Positions 53,194 to 64,000 of a stretch of 64,000 nucleotides of DNA are shown here, piece after piece. Position 1 is the first letter of the stretch, and the number at the start of each line of letters is the position of its first letter. Origin of the DNA: Monocercomonoides exilis PA203 (lineage: Eukaryota > Protista > Preaxostyla); contig LSRY02000003.1 in assembly GCA_001643675.2 (NCBI GenBank), forward strand, positions 496,001 through 560,000. The letters are read 5' to 3'. The position numbers and the translations under genes were made by a program. Below the pieces are notes generated by a model. The model made no database searches, was not told where the DNA came from, and saw nothing but the letters and a program-made list of their open reading frames with translations.

Positions 53194-53838
53194 ATTTGTT
53201 AATCATTTTCATTTTAATTTTATTAGTCAATAAAAAGAACGTGCATAAAAATAACTTAATTGCAAAATCGTCAGTCAGTTATTTTCAAAAAATGAAGAAT
53301 GTGAAAGAAAAAATTTAAAATTGATATTCTGACAAAAGCGAAAGATGAAACAAAACTGTTATTTTTCAAATACCATTTTTCTTATAATTTATTTTCTGAA
53401 TAAAAGTTTATTTAAAAAATTCACTTCCTTTTATAAAGTGAGATTTTTTTGGAAAAAATTTTATTCAATTATGGTGAAGCTTTGATCAAAAAAGCTAAAG
53501 ATATTTAAACTGTAATTTATTATTTAAATTTCAACAAAAAATGATAAATATCACAAATAAATTAAATTTGACTAATTGTTTTTCAAGTGATTAAATCACA
53601 GACTATTCGGTATTCTTTTTTTAAAGTCTTGAGTTTTATTTCATTTCATGATGACACCTTTTCGCATCTTTTTTTGCATTGTTTTTTATGGGGCAAAAAA
53701 AATATCAAAAGAATTTTACATTCAGTGCTGTTTACAATTTTCTTTGAAAAGAAACCAAAACAGTTTTGCGTATTTATTTATTTCTGTTGTTCAAAATTTT
53801 AACAACAAAATTTTTATTGTTATTTTTAGGAACAAGTT

Positions 53839-56800
53839 ATGAGTTCAAAAGATGTACAATCTGTTTCAAGCTCCATTGTCGCAGAAAGAAATGCTGTTCC
53901 TTACGCACGATTTAATGTTTTCGATCATTTGTTTGGACTATCATTTATTTATTGTTTTATGAACATTTTAATTGAATTTCTCATGTTTTAGGTTGTTTTC
54001 TTTTTTTCATCCTTATAAATTGGTTTGCAATGCTTTATATTGTTGAGTTTTTTCATAAATATTTTTTAAATAGCATTCAAGGCAAATATCGGATTCAGTG
54101 ATTATTGGAATTTCAATTTTGCTTGCTTTCCAATATGTTTTCGTTCCCCTTCGAAGAACTGATATACCTTTTCTGCACTTTACGGATGTATACCGAAAAA
54201 TTGGGTATTAAATTTATTTATTGTTTGATTTCAAACATTTGCTCCATTAGATTATATTTCGACCCTTCGTTTTATTCACCAACTTTTTTATCATTTGTAA
54301 TTTTCTTTGCACTAATGGGAACAGCTTTGATTCTTACTGTTGCACTTGGAGTTATTGTTTGTCTACTCGCAAAAAGAGAAGGAGGAGCACCCACTGCCCT
54401 CCATTACGTTAGCGATAAACTTGGAATGCTCGTATCAGTTACATTTGTTGCACCTTTCTGCATTGTTTTTTCAAAGCCTTGGGCATGTCTAATTCAGGAG
54501 GCTGTATCTCCAATAAGTGAGAACAACAATTTTACGTATTGCAACCCAACTGCTCGCATTCCTCTTCTTGTTTTTTCAGCCATTTTCCACATATCTCTAT
54601 TCGTATTTTCTGGATTATATCGATGCTTGATCTTCAATGCAAACTTGCGCTCGGCAAATCTCAACAGCACACGATGGGGCGCAACCACGTGCTTTGCCCA
54701 ATCTTTGGCTTATCTCAGTTCCTTTCTTGTTACAATTCTCATCGAGTTCCATCCAACAGTATCTGCTGTTATCCACACAGCAGTCTTTGCTATCCTTATG
54801 TGCTTCGAGGTCATTGTCCTTCCGCAGACAACGCCTCACTCCAACTCTTTGTTTTCGGCAATTTATGGAGCAGCCTTTGGATCGGGGATTGTGTCGCTTT
54901 TGATGCCATTTTGGAACACTCTCGCAGCAAACAGCACATCTGAAGGCAATAAGCCTCTGACTGTTTTGAGTGTCATATTCTTCTACGTGTCGTTGGTTGT
55001 TATCTGCGCAGTTTTTGCTGTATGTGCTGGACTGTTAGCATTCATACGGCACAGAAGACTTGCTCTTATCAAGCCTGTCTATTCACTTTCTGAGCAGCAT
55101 TCCAAGACTCTTCCTCATGAAGCTAATGCTACATATGATTCTTCGTCCCAGCGCAATCAGCTGGCACCTTTCAAGCACAATAAAAATATCATGAAGAACA
55201 AGAAGAAAGAAAGTAGCTTCAAAAAAAAGCCAATTGGCCTTCAAATTGTTATTGACGGTGCAGTTGTTACACATTTATTCAGCTCAGATGTTATGCCTCT
55301 ATCTCACTCGCAATCACACTTGCATTCTTTACCCTCTTGCCAATCTCCAAGCGCCTCTTCACACACACAGGTTGCTTCTTCGCCTTCTCAAAGCATCCAT
55401 TTCTCCACTCCCACTCAAATGTGCACACCGCAACGAATTTCATCATCTTCTACGCCTTTGCCATCATCATTGCCTTCATCCACAACTTCGCCGACTCCTT
55501 CGGTCTCGTCTTCTTTGTGCCCTTTGCCTGCTCGTAATATTGTTTCCTCATCGAGCAACCCTTCCTTCGACTCAGTCTCTCCTTTCATTGCAAACCAAGT
55601 CGGAATCATCAAAGCCATCCTGCGTTCGATCAGCAGTCCGTCTGCAATTTGGACTAAGATCAGCTTTTTGTCTGATCCAACATTCCGAAATCGACAGGAT
55701 GTGGTTGAGTTTGTGGACAATCTGTTCATCGCAGCGCTGAAAAAGGAGAAGTTCAGCGCGCGTTCTGATCTGATAGTATCGTACTCTCTTTTCCTCTCCT
55801 CCTTCATGAGCATCCTCCGCCGCCCGAACGCCCTCGCCACACAGCTGCAGCGCGCCTGTGAACAGTTCCCCAGCTGGGTTGATCGCTGGATGATATACGT
55901 GAAGTCGAAGGAGATGGAAGCGCTCATCCGGCAAAGAGAAAATTTCACTGGAACAGAAGGCGCCATTGGCAAAGGAAGAGGCTTCTCAGAGTTTGGCAGC
56001 AGTGCATCGTTTGTGTCTAACTCTTTTAACATTCGCATCCAGCTGCAACAGGCGGCGAAGAACGACGAGTTCAGCAAAGCGCACATGTTGCGCGTGTGGT
56101 CGCTTTTGTCACGGCGTTCAGTTGACATGCCAAAAGTGATGAACCACATCGTCAAAGCGCTGAAGTATGCACGCGATTCAGAGAACATTTATGTGCGTCT
56201 GTTGGAGCAGTCACCAGACAATCCGAATGTGATGCGGCGGCTGGCTTTGGTGCTGAGAGACGTCTACTCTGATGATGAGACAGCAAACAAGCTGCTACAC
56301 GAGGCAGATGAGCTGGAGGAGACGAATGACATGGAAGAGCTGCTGTCAGTGGGAAACAACGAGGACAATGAACCACTGCCAACAGCTGACGGAGAAGGAT
56401 TGGAGAGCACGTGGGGAAGCGGGGCAAGTGGAAGTGCGAATGACGCAGACGATAACAGCGATGGGGAAGGTGAAAGAAAAGAAAAGCAAGGAAAGAATGC
56501 AACAAATGGAATTTCAGTGAACTTTGGGAGTGGAGCTTTGAAAAACAAAAGTCAGTCCACGCTAAATGGCAAGTTGTCGAATTCTCCTTCTCAAGAAAAC
56601 ACCATAGCCGACGGAGTGCATCAGAATGGACATGACAGAAAATTGAGGAAGGCGAAAAGAGGGGAGCTAAAGAGAAAAGAGAAGGGAAGCACCCGACGAT
56701 CAAAAAAGAACTGGCTTGACATACTCACAAAAGATGAAAAAGAAAAATCAAAAATAATATTGAAGGCGTTAGTGCCAATTTTATTGAATGGAATCGGAAT

Positions 56801-59552
56801 TGCGGGTATCTCACTTTTGGTGTCCTACTTCCAAATCGATTCCCAATTCAAAGAGTCGACTGACTACATGGAAACTTCTCGCAAATCCATCAGGCTCAGC
56901 ATCTACCAGAGCCACATATTGTGTTTACTTGCGCAGTCACTGAGCTCCTTAGCAAACGCATTATCAGCGCCTACAAGCAAAAACATAGACACAAGCGGGA
57001 TGGCAAACCAGGCATTTGACCAAGAGTCCTTCGAAAATCAGCGGAATGAAGCGAAGGAGACGATCATTAGCCAGTCGCTGCTTTTACCAGAGCTGTTTAC
57101 AAGGACAGCTGACAGCTCAGCGTGGAAAAGCGACTTTGCCTCGTTTGTTATCTGTTTCATGGACAGCGCACAGGACAATCTGATGAAGGAGTTTGTGACA
57201 GAGAACTTAAACTTGATCACTCTCATCAAATGGTCTGAGGACATAGCACTGGATCTGACAGACAACAGCGTGAAGTACACAGATTATCGTTCTCTCCTTT
57301 CGTTCTTATACAGAGGCGCTGCTTGTTACATACTGAATTCTCCATTGTCAATCTCTTCAGAGCTGGAAACGCTTGCAATGGATGCCTACTTCAGAGTGAA
57401 TGACATATCAAAGCACAACCTGATAATGCTGATTATTCTGCTCGTGTTCTGCATTGCCGTCCTGGTATGCACCACCATTCTGCCAATGATCGTGTTCATC
57501 CGCATCGTCATCAGAGAACGAAAGAAGGCGATGCGGCTGCTCTGCACAATCTCTGCTGAATACGCCTCGAAAATGGTGGAGCGTCTCGAAAGCTCTTCAA
57601 ACGGGCATTCGCACAGCCATCAAGACACAATTACTCCAACAGAAACAGACGTATCGTTTACAGATGGTGTTGCAGATGATGCAACAAAGAACAGCACATC
57701 TTCTCTGCAAATTGCAATTTCCATTGACGAGAATTACGAAACTTCGCAGGCGATTCCCTGTGCTACACCCACTTCAACAAAACAGTTTCGGTTAGCTTAT
57801 TATTCACCGAATAACGCCTCAGCAGATGCATTTTGTAACTTCCCTGCTAAACATCAACAGAACTCTTTTGTTTCTCAACCATTTTCTGAACAACAACGGA
57901 ATCAAATGTTGCCAAATCCAGATAAGCAGAAAATGAGGAAGAAAGCAAAGCAACTGACACCTAAAGAGTTCAAGTACGAATTGGAGATGTATGGAAAGGG
58001 GAAAGCGAAGGAAAATCGAGAAAATGAAGAAGAGGAGAAGGAGGAGAAAGAGCGTATTGCACAACAGCGCATTGAGGATATGGATGAAAAACTGCGTGTG
58101 CTTGGAGGAGTTGTTCCGTCCTCTGTGAAGTTGCAGCTGATTCTTGGGGTGGTGCTGCAGATTTGTCTAGCATGTTCATTTTATGCTGTTTCAATTGTTG
58201 CTATCACAGGCACCAGCGACCATTCAGGGAAGATCATAATGAGTGGATACCGCCGCATTGCGCTGAAGCAACTTTCAGCACTTGCCTCGATGGTTGCAGG
58301 GAAGATCATGTTTCCTGTAGCTGATGAAAGTGTATTCTTCAAGGATCCAACTTCGTCATCGCCTGCCTTTCGAAACTCGACTTTCATGACAAGCTTGGAG
58401 AATGTGAAGAGCACGCTGAGTGTCCAGATGCAATTCATCCAGCTGATTTCGAAGCGCTTTCTGGTTGGCTCGTCAGAAGGGGCTGTTACATCAGACGAGC
58501 GTCTGGACTCCATTGTGATCACAAGGACACAAGGAACAGATGCACTCATTGACGAGATTATGGTGGAGCCAACGAAATGTCTTCTGATCAACCGCACTTT
58601 GTGTGACACAACAACACCTGGCGAGCGCATGCCTGGCGTGCCTTCTGAATTCAACGGGCTTTCAGAGCTGGTTGAGCGTGCAGCGACTGCTGTGTCAGAA
58701 CTTGTGAAGATTCCGGACGATGAGTTGAGTCTGAACGATATTAATTATCTCTTCATAAAGGGAATGACGTTCTTCGATGCAGAAGATGCGCTGGTTCGGA
58801 TTGGAGACGAGCTGCAGAAAAAGGCGAGCGATTTTACTTCGAGTTACTCGACCGTTCTGCTGGTTGTGTTCATCTCTATCGCAGTGCTTGCATCTGCCGT
58901 TGTAGGGATTTTTATTTTGCCAATTCCAGTGCATATACAAGCAGTGATGCAGCAGACAGAGGCGATTGTGGAAGTTGCCTGCAGAAGGGAAGTCGAAAGT
59001 GTGAAATGGAGCGAAGATCTTGCTACGTCTGTTGCGCGCATTGATGATGCACATTATGTAATGGTGGAAGGGATGAGGCAGCTTGTTGTGTTGGTCAACA
59101 ACAACGAGCCACACGAGAAGGTTCAAATGCTTCTTGATCAGCTGCTGGTTGTTACATTTATTCACTTCTCAGACGAGGAGAAGATGATGCTTTCGTGCAA
59201 ATATCCAAAGAAGCTGAGAAACGAGCATCTGATGGCACATATCCAGCTGCTCCGAAAGTTTGTCAACTTTATCGACAGGGTGAGCACTCGTCGTTTGCCA
59301 GCGACAGAAGTTGTCCTCTTTTGTTCAACGTGGATTGTCAATCACATTCAGTCACTTGATGCTGAATTGTCTTTGTTCTTGCTACAAAAGGGCGACCAGA
59401 ATGATCTGAATGGAGCAATTGATTTGAGCCATTTCGAGATGCCTGGCTCAATTGAAGCGTGGCTTGATAGCGATCAAGCCCCAATGAAAGAAAAAATGAT
59501 TTTTGAAGCAACAGTTGACAACGCAAAGAAAAGATGCAAATTTTTGATTTAA
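53839..59552 (+). CDS. TmcB-like multi-pass membrane protein with C-terminal hemerythrin domain; 3 short 5' introns
   Basis: N-terminal bundle of about 8 TM helices; TmcB-type TPR-like region (RVWSLL...IYVRLLEQSPDNPNVMRRLALVLRDVYSDDETA); two TM-ectodomain-TM modules; hemerythrin at 59007-59385 (WSEDLAT..IDDAH, HFSDEE, EHLMAH, WIVNHIQSLD). Confidence 0.88.
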
Positions 59553-59940
59553 GTTTCATATTTTATAATTGTTACAAGCAATGAAAAAAAGAACTTTCTT
59601 TAATTTTATTTCAATTATTTTTTTGATTATGTTGTTACAATTATCTTTTCAATAGTATTCCTTTTTATTATCTTTTTATTGTTATTAGATTTTATACTCG
59701 TTAATCGTTTTCAAATTTAGTTCTTTTTTTCTTTAAATGAAAATCGAACACATTTTTTTCGCTTTATATTCATTTCCAGTTTGTTGAAAATACAACTTTT
59801 GTTGTATGATTTTTGTGTTTCGGAATTTGTTTTTCCAATATAATTTACAACTTTTCTTTTCTTTTTTATTTGAATTTATTTACAAAGGTTTATTTTTTGG
59901 TAATATCAAAATGAAATGAAAGAAAAAAAGAAATTATGTA

Positions 59941-59988
<48 letters not shown>

Positions 59989-60029
59989 CTTTTGATTTCT
60001 TCAAAGAAAATTTTGTTGAAAAGAGAATA

Positions 60030-60237
60030 TGGCTGATCCTTTTTGAAATATAACTTTTGTTTGAGTTTTGATCAAAATTTTAATCTTAATGGGATTTAGA
60101 AAAACTGAACTAAAACTGATAATACAAACTGTTCATAATGTTATTATTGCAGAAACAAAAATTCTCCAAAAGTCTTATTGATGCGAAATTTGAGATCAAA
60201 ATTCGAACGAAAGAATGATTTCATAAAGGATCAGCCA
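60030..60237. mobile_element. Small MITE-like element
   Basis: Inverted ends tggctgatcctttttgaaat and atttcataaaggatcagcca; no clear target-site duplication. Confidence 0.5.
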
Positions 60238-60403
60238 CAAATAGTTCATGATATAATTAAAGAGAAACAAGTTTATTGATTAGAAAATTTTCATTAGTGA
60301 CTTCATTAATTTGAACAAAATACAAGATTATAAATAATTACCAGAAAAATTTCACACAAAATGGAACTTTTCAAAATAGAATTTAACACAATGAGATAGA
60401 TTT

Positions 60404-60658
60404 GGGTAATTATTTTTGAATCCATATTTTTTCAAACAAAAATATCGGTATGAGTCTTCACTTTAAATGCAGATTAATCGATACTGAAAAGTTATAGCTG
60501 CTCAAAAGATTGTTTTTTTAAATACGTTCTCGAATATCGTTTTTTCAAACAATTATTATGTTTTTTTTCACTTCGAAAGAATAATTCCTCTTCCCAGAAA
60601 CAAAATTTTAGGATTGCTTACACCCCGAAAAAAGTTATGATTACAAAAATAATCACCC
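60404..60658. mobile_element. Family-A MITE, 255 bp
   Basis: Ends gggtaattatttttgaatcc and ccccgaaaaaagttatgattacaaaaataatcaccc. Confidence 0.8.
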
Positions 60659-61019
60659 ATTTCGTAAAATGATGTTTCAAACTCTTCTAAAAACTTGTTT
60701 CGTTGAAACTGATTTCAACTTTGATAATTTTTTACCAAATAGGGGAAAGAAGGAAATATACGTGCGGACGCAATATATTTTTTGAAAGAAATCAGAATAT
60801 CAATTAATGTGCAAAGAAAGAAAATTTTTCTTCTTCACTTTCAAGCCCTAATGATTCTTCCTCAGTTTCTTTTCCTTCAAAAATTTATTCGATTTGAGCA
60901 ATTTTGGAATCTTTTTCTTCGATTTCCTTTTCTGAAAGATTTTCTTCTGTCGGTTCCGCTTCTTTGTTCTTTACGATAAAAAGCAAAATATCTTGCATTT
61001 ATTCTGTCATAATAGTATC

Positions 61020-61445
61020 TTCTTTGAACACAAATAAATGATCTACAATCAATAACTTTCTAACTCCATGCTTAAATGTCGATTTTCGCAATGTTCCCCA
61101 CAAGCCCTCTATCGTATAGGTGCATGCACACGTAATGGGATCTGCAAATTTTTTAAAATGGGAAACAGTTTTGTGAGTGAAATCGAATTATTCCAAAGTG
61201 GAGTATGCTTTCCACTCGTCGCTCATAATTGAAGTCCCACTTCGAATTGTTTCCAAAATGATGGGAAGAAAAGTTTCCCTTTTTCTGAAAGGCACAACTT
61301 TCACTAAACGAGAACCAGCTCCCTTTCACTCCAACCTCTCAACTCAACCAAATATCGATTAAAATTCCTTTCTTCTTCCCCTCTTATATTTTCTTCTTTT
61401 CAACACAGTCGCATTTATCTCAACCACTTTTCGTACTCCTCATTA
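61020..61445 (-). pseudogene. Merlin / IS1595 (ISXO2-like) DDE transposase relic
   Basis: Minus strand reads GVRKVVEINATV..KRGR..IFG*VER..VVPFRKRETFLPIILETIRSGTSIMSDEWKAYSTL..HKTVSH..FADPITCACTYTIEGLWGTLRK, the ISXO2 motif series. Contains stops and a frameshift and is absent from the ORF track. Confidence 0.85.
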
Positions 61446-61830
61446 TGTTATATGTTGAAAATACCAAATCTCCATAATTGAAACTCTGACTCTGCTGCTA
61501 AAGAATTAAACTGTTTTTTCATCAACTCCTGACATTCTTGATGTTAAATTGGAATTGAAATATTCTTAATTCTTCAAAATGATTCAGAAGAATTTTTGAA
61601 ATCCCAATTTTTTCCAATAAAAAAAACGTTTCATCATATACACTATTTGTCCTGTTGCATTTAAAACTACACCTATTAAAGGTATTCTTTTAGAAAAATC
61701 GCAAATACTTTATTTTCAAATGAAAAAAATTTCATATGTGTGATTATTTTAGAATTCATAACTTTTTTCGGAATTTCAATCTTTTAAATGTTGTTTGTCA
61801 CTGGGAAAATATGTTGAATTATCATGATAT

Positions 61831-62086
61831 GGGTGATTATTTTTGAAATCACATTATTTCATTCATGTTATTCGATTCGAATATTTCGCTTGAACATCCA
61901 AAAAAAGAACACTGAAAAATGAAAAGACAAACAAATGACATCATCATCTTTTGTTGAGCAAAAACATTTGTCAATGATACAGTTGTGAAGAGTTCAGCAT
62001 TCAAAGACAAAATCTTTTCTCAAAGACAAATTACCCTTGAAAAATCAACACCCCTAAAAAAGTTATGATTTCAAAAATAATCACAC
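61831..62086. mobile_element. Family-A MITE, 256 bp (another family-A end lies at 61738)
   Basis: Ends gggtgattatttttgaaatc and aaaaaagttatgatttcaaaaataatcacac. Confidence 0.8.
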
Positions 62087-62999
62087 ATATATTTCATCAA
62101 AGCCATTTCAAAAACTAATGTTTGAGCTTAAATTGGCATAGGTCTAAATGCGCTCCTTTTGCAAATTGCGTTTTTATTCATTATTATTATGATGAATTAA
62201 TAGTTGATAATTATTTAAAAACTTTTTATGGACCGATTTTTCGAAAAAAATTTTTCTTGTTGAAAAAAATGATTTTTGAAAAATGACCCATAAAAACATG
62301 AATTTCATCGAAAAATATTCAAATTGAAAAGAAAACGTGATTTTTGGACATCCAATGAGTTTTTATTATAATATAAATTTATTTTATTTGTTTATTTTCA
62401 TCACAAAAATATTTATCACAAATAAAAAATTTAATAAAATATCTTTGATCAGACCCACAATAAAATTTGACACAATATGAAAAGTTGATTATGCTTTTTT
62501 GAGCGATTATTATCATATTTTTCATATATTCTTTTATAAGCAATATTATTAAATAATATAATACCTTTTAATGTTAAACATGCTTTAATTAATTCGATAC
62601 TTTTGTTCAATCGTTGATTTTATTGTTATTTATCAACTATGTTAAGTGTATTTATCAATAACTCTAATCATTATTTGATACAGATTTATCTGCTTGTTTG
62701 CCTTTGAAGTTGAATGTTTTTCAATTCATTATGACATCTCATACTCTTTTTTTTTTGGATTTGTAAATATCATTTACCTAAAAGATAAATCAACACTGAA
62801 ATATCTTGATTTTAATTGAAAAAAATTTGTCATGATTATTAAACAAAGCAATTTCTTTCTCTTTTTTTCACTAAAATTCTGTTTTTTCATTTTTCTGCCG
62901 AAATAGTGCATTAATGAATAATAATATTTTAATATTATTAAATTTGCAAAAATATAGAAAGAAAATAACAATTAAGCATAGCTGTCAGTAATCAAAGAT

Positions 63000-64000
63000 A
63001 TTGATTTAACTAATTCAGCAGACAAATCACTTCGGTTTATGAAGATCTGCCGAATGGCTCATCAGTAAACATCTTCTTTATCATTTCAATCAATTCTTCT
63101 CCTTTGATTCCTTCTGTCAGCAATTGCACTCCGTCTATCGTCATCACTTGTGCTTCCTCGGCTTCACATTCGCTCAAAGGCACTTCCCCAGTTGTCATTT
63201 CATGAAGAATCAGTCCAAGTGTGAAAACGATTTCCTTTTAAATTTCTTCATCTTCATTTCCCACTTCTGGTGCCTGCCATCGCTTAATTTCATCCCTCTG
63301 CTTTTCATCCTCCAGTTCTTCTGTCAATACGAATATTTCATTATTTCCTTCCTCAATAAAGATTGAATATGGACACAATTGTTTTCCCATCACTTTCGCA
63401 CTTTCATCTCCTGTCGAAATCAGATGCTCAAATAACTCTGCAACTTCCAAAACAACTTCTTTCCAATTGCAATTCCATTCACAATAAATCTTCAAGCCTA
63501 AATATTTTATGCATTGAATCCAGTCATTCCATAAGTGAATTTTTCACATTCAATTGAGACTGAACAATTCGTTACACTGAGTGCTGATGTTGAATGAAGA
63601 AATGCACTTTTCCTCGGATTCAACTGACATTTCACAACGAATGAAAGTCTGCTCATTGGCAGTGAACTCGAACAATCAGCAAGTCATTCTTACGTGGCTG
63701 ATCCTTTATCACTTTCATTCACTGACATTCTCTCTCCATCTGATGATGATGATTCAATTCTGCCTGAAATTATCACATAAAGTAATGGTCCTGTTATTTC
63801 CTTGGTTTTTGACGAAGATAAGACAACCTCCATTTCATTCATTGATCTGCTCTATCTCGAGTTCGCTCTATAATAAACTGTCAAGCATCCAAAACATTCA
63901 CTTCCACGCTGCCTCCAATCGCATCCACAAATACACAATCAAATTCATCGTTCACTCCTGCTGCTGAATGGAATGAACATCCAATTATCACCAAATCTCC
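63000..64000 (-). pseudogene. Decayed fragment of a beta-helix surface-protein family gene, running off the window
   Basis: Minus strand GDLVIIGCSFHS...DCVFVDAIGGSVEVN resembles GGILEIMNCSF of the 18.9 kb ectodomain; many stops. Confidence 0.55.

Noticed and set aside
54105-54250. ORF-track N-terminus of the 1815-aa protein
   Set aside because: It starts at TTG and runs through an intron-like AT-rich stretch. A spliced model from ATG 53839 in another frame fits the splice phases better.
59945-59988. Poly-T tracts (also 52590-52628) as retrotransposon tails
   Set aside because: No RT fragment, TSD or SINE body seen; homopolymers are common in this AT-rich DNA.
1-64000. CRISPR arrays, rRNA or tRNA genes, prokaryotic operons
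   Set aside because: No repeat-spacer arrays or recognisable structural RNA genes; the gene structure is eukaryotic.

Overview
This is AT-rich eukaryotic genomic DNA with short GT-AG introns, standard genetic code and many Ser/Glu-rich low-complexity proteins. It most resembles an oxymonad (Monocercomonoides-like) anaerobic protist; that is inferred from gene style and a lineage-typical surface-protein family, not from a search. Genes: POC5-like centriolar protein, SIP5/GW2/DA2-type RING E3, a hypothetical protein, a disrupted beta-helix receptor-pseudokinase, a CCX/NCLX-type cation/Ca2+ exchanger, a Ser-rich protein, a 7TM protein, RNase H2 subunit C, VAMP7, an ER thioredoxin/PDI-like protein, and PP2A B56 with a very long Ser-rich tail. 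The top candidate system is a ~1,850-aa TmcB-like multi-pass membrane protein ending in a hemerythrin domain with all di-iron ligands, a possible membrane O2/redox sensor. Mobile DNA: a DD35D pogo/Fot-type transposon (TIRs, TA duplication, intron) nested in the TIR of a ~255-bp MITE family, a second fold-back MITE in the same host repeat, a 299-bp inverted repeat and a Merlin/IS1595 transposase relic. Exon boundaries were read by eye and need RNA-seq confirmation.
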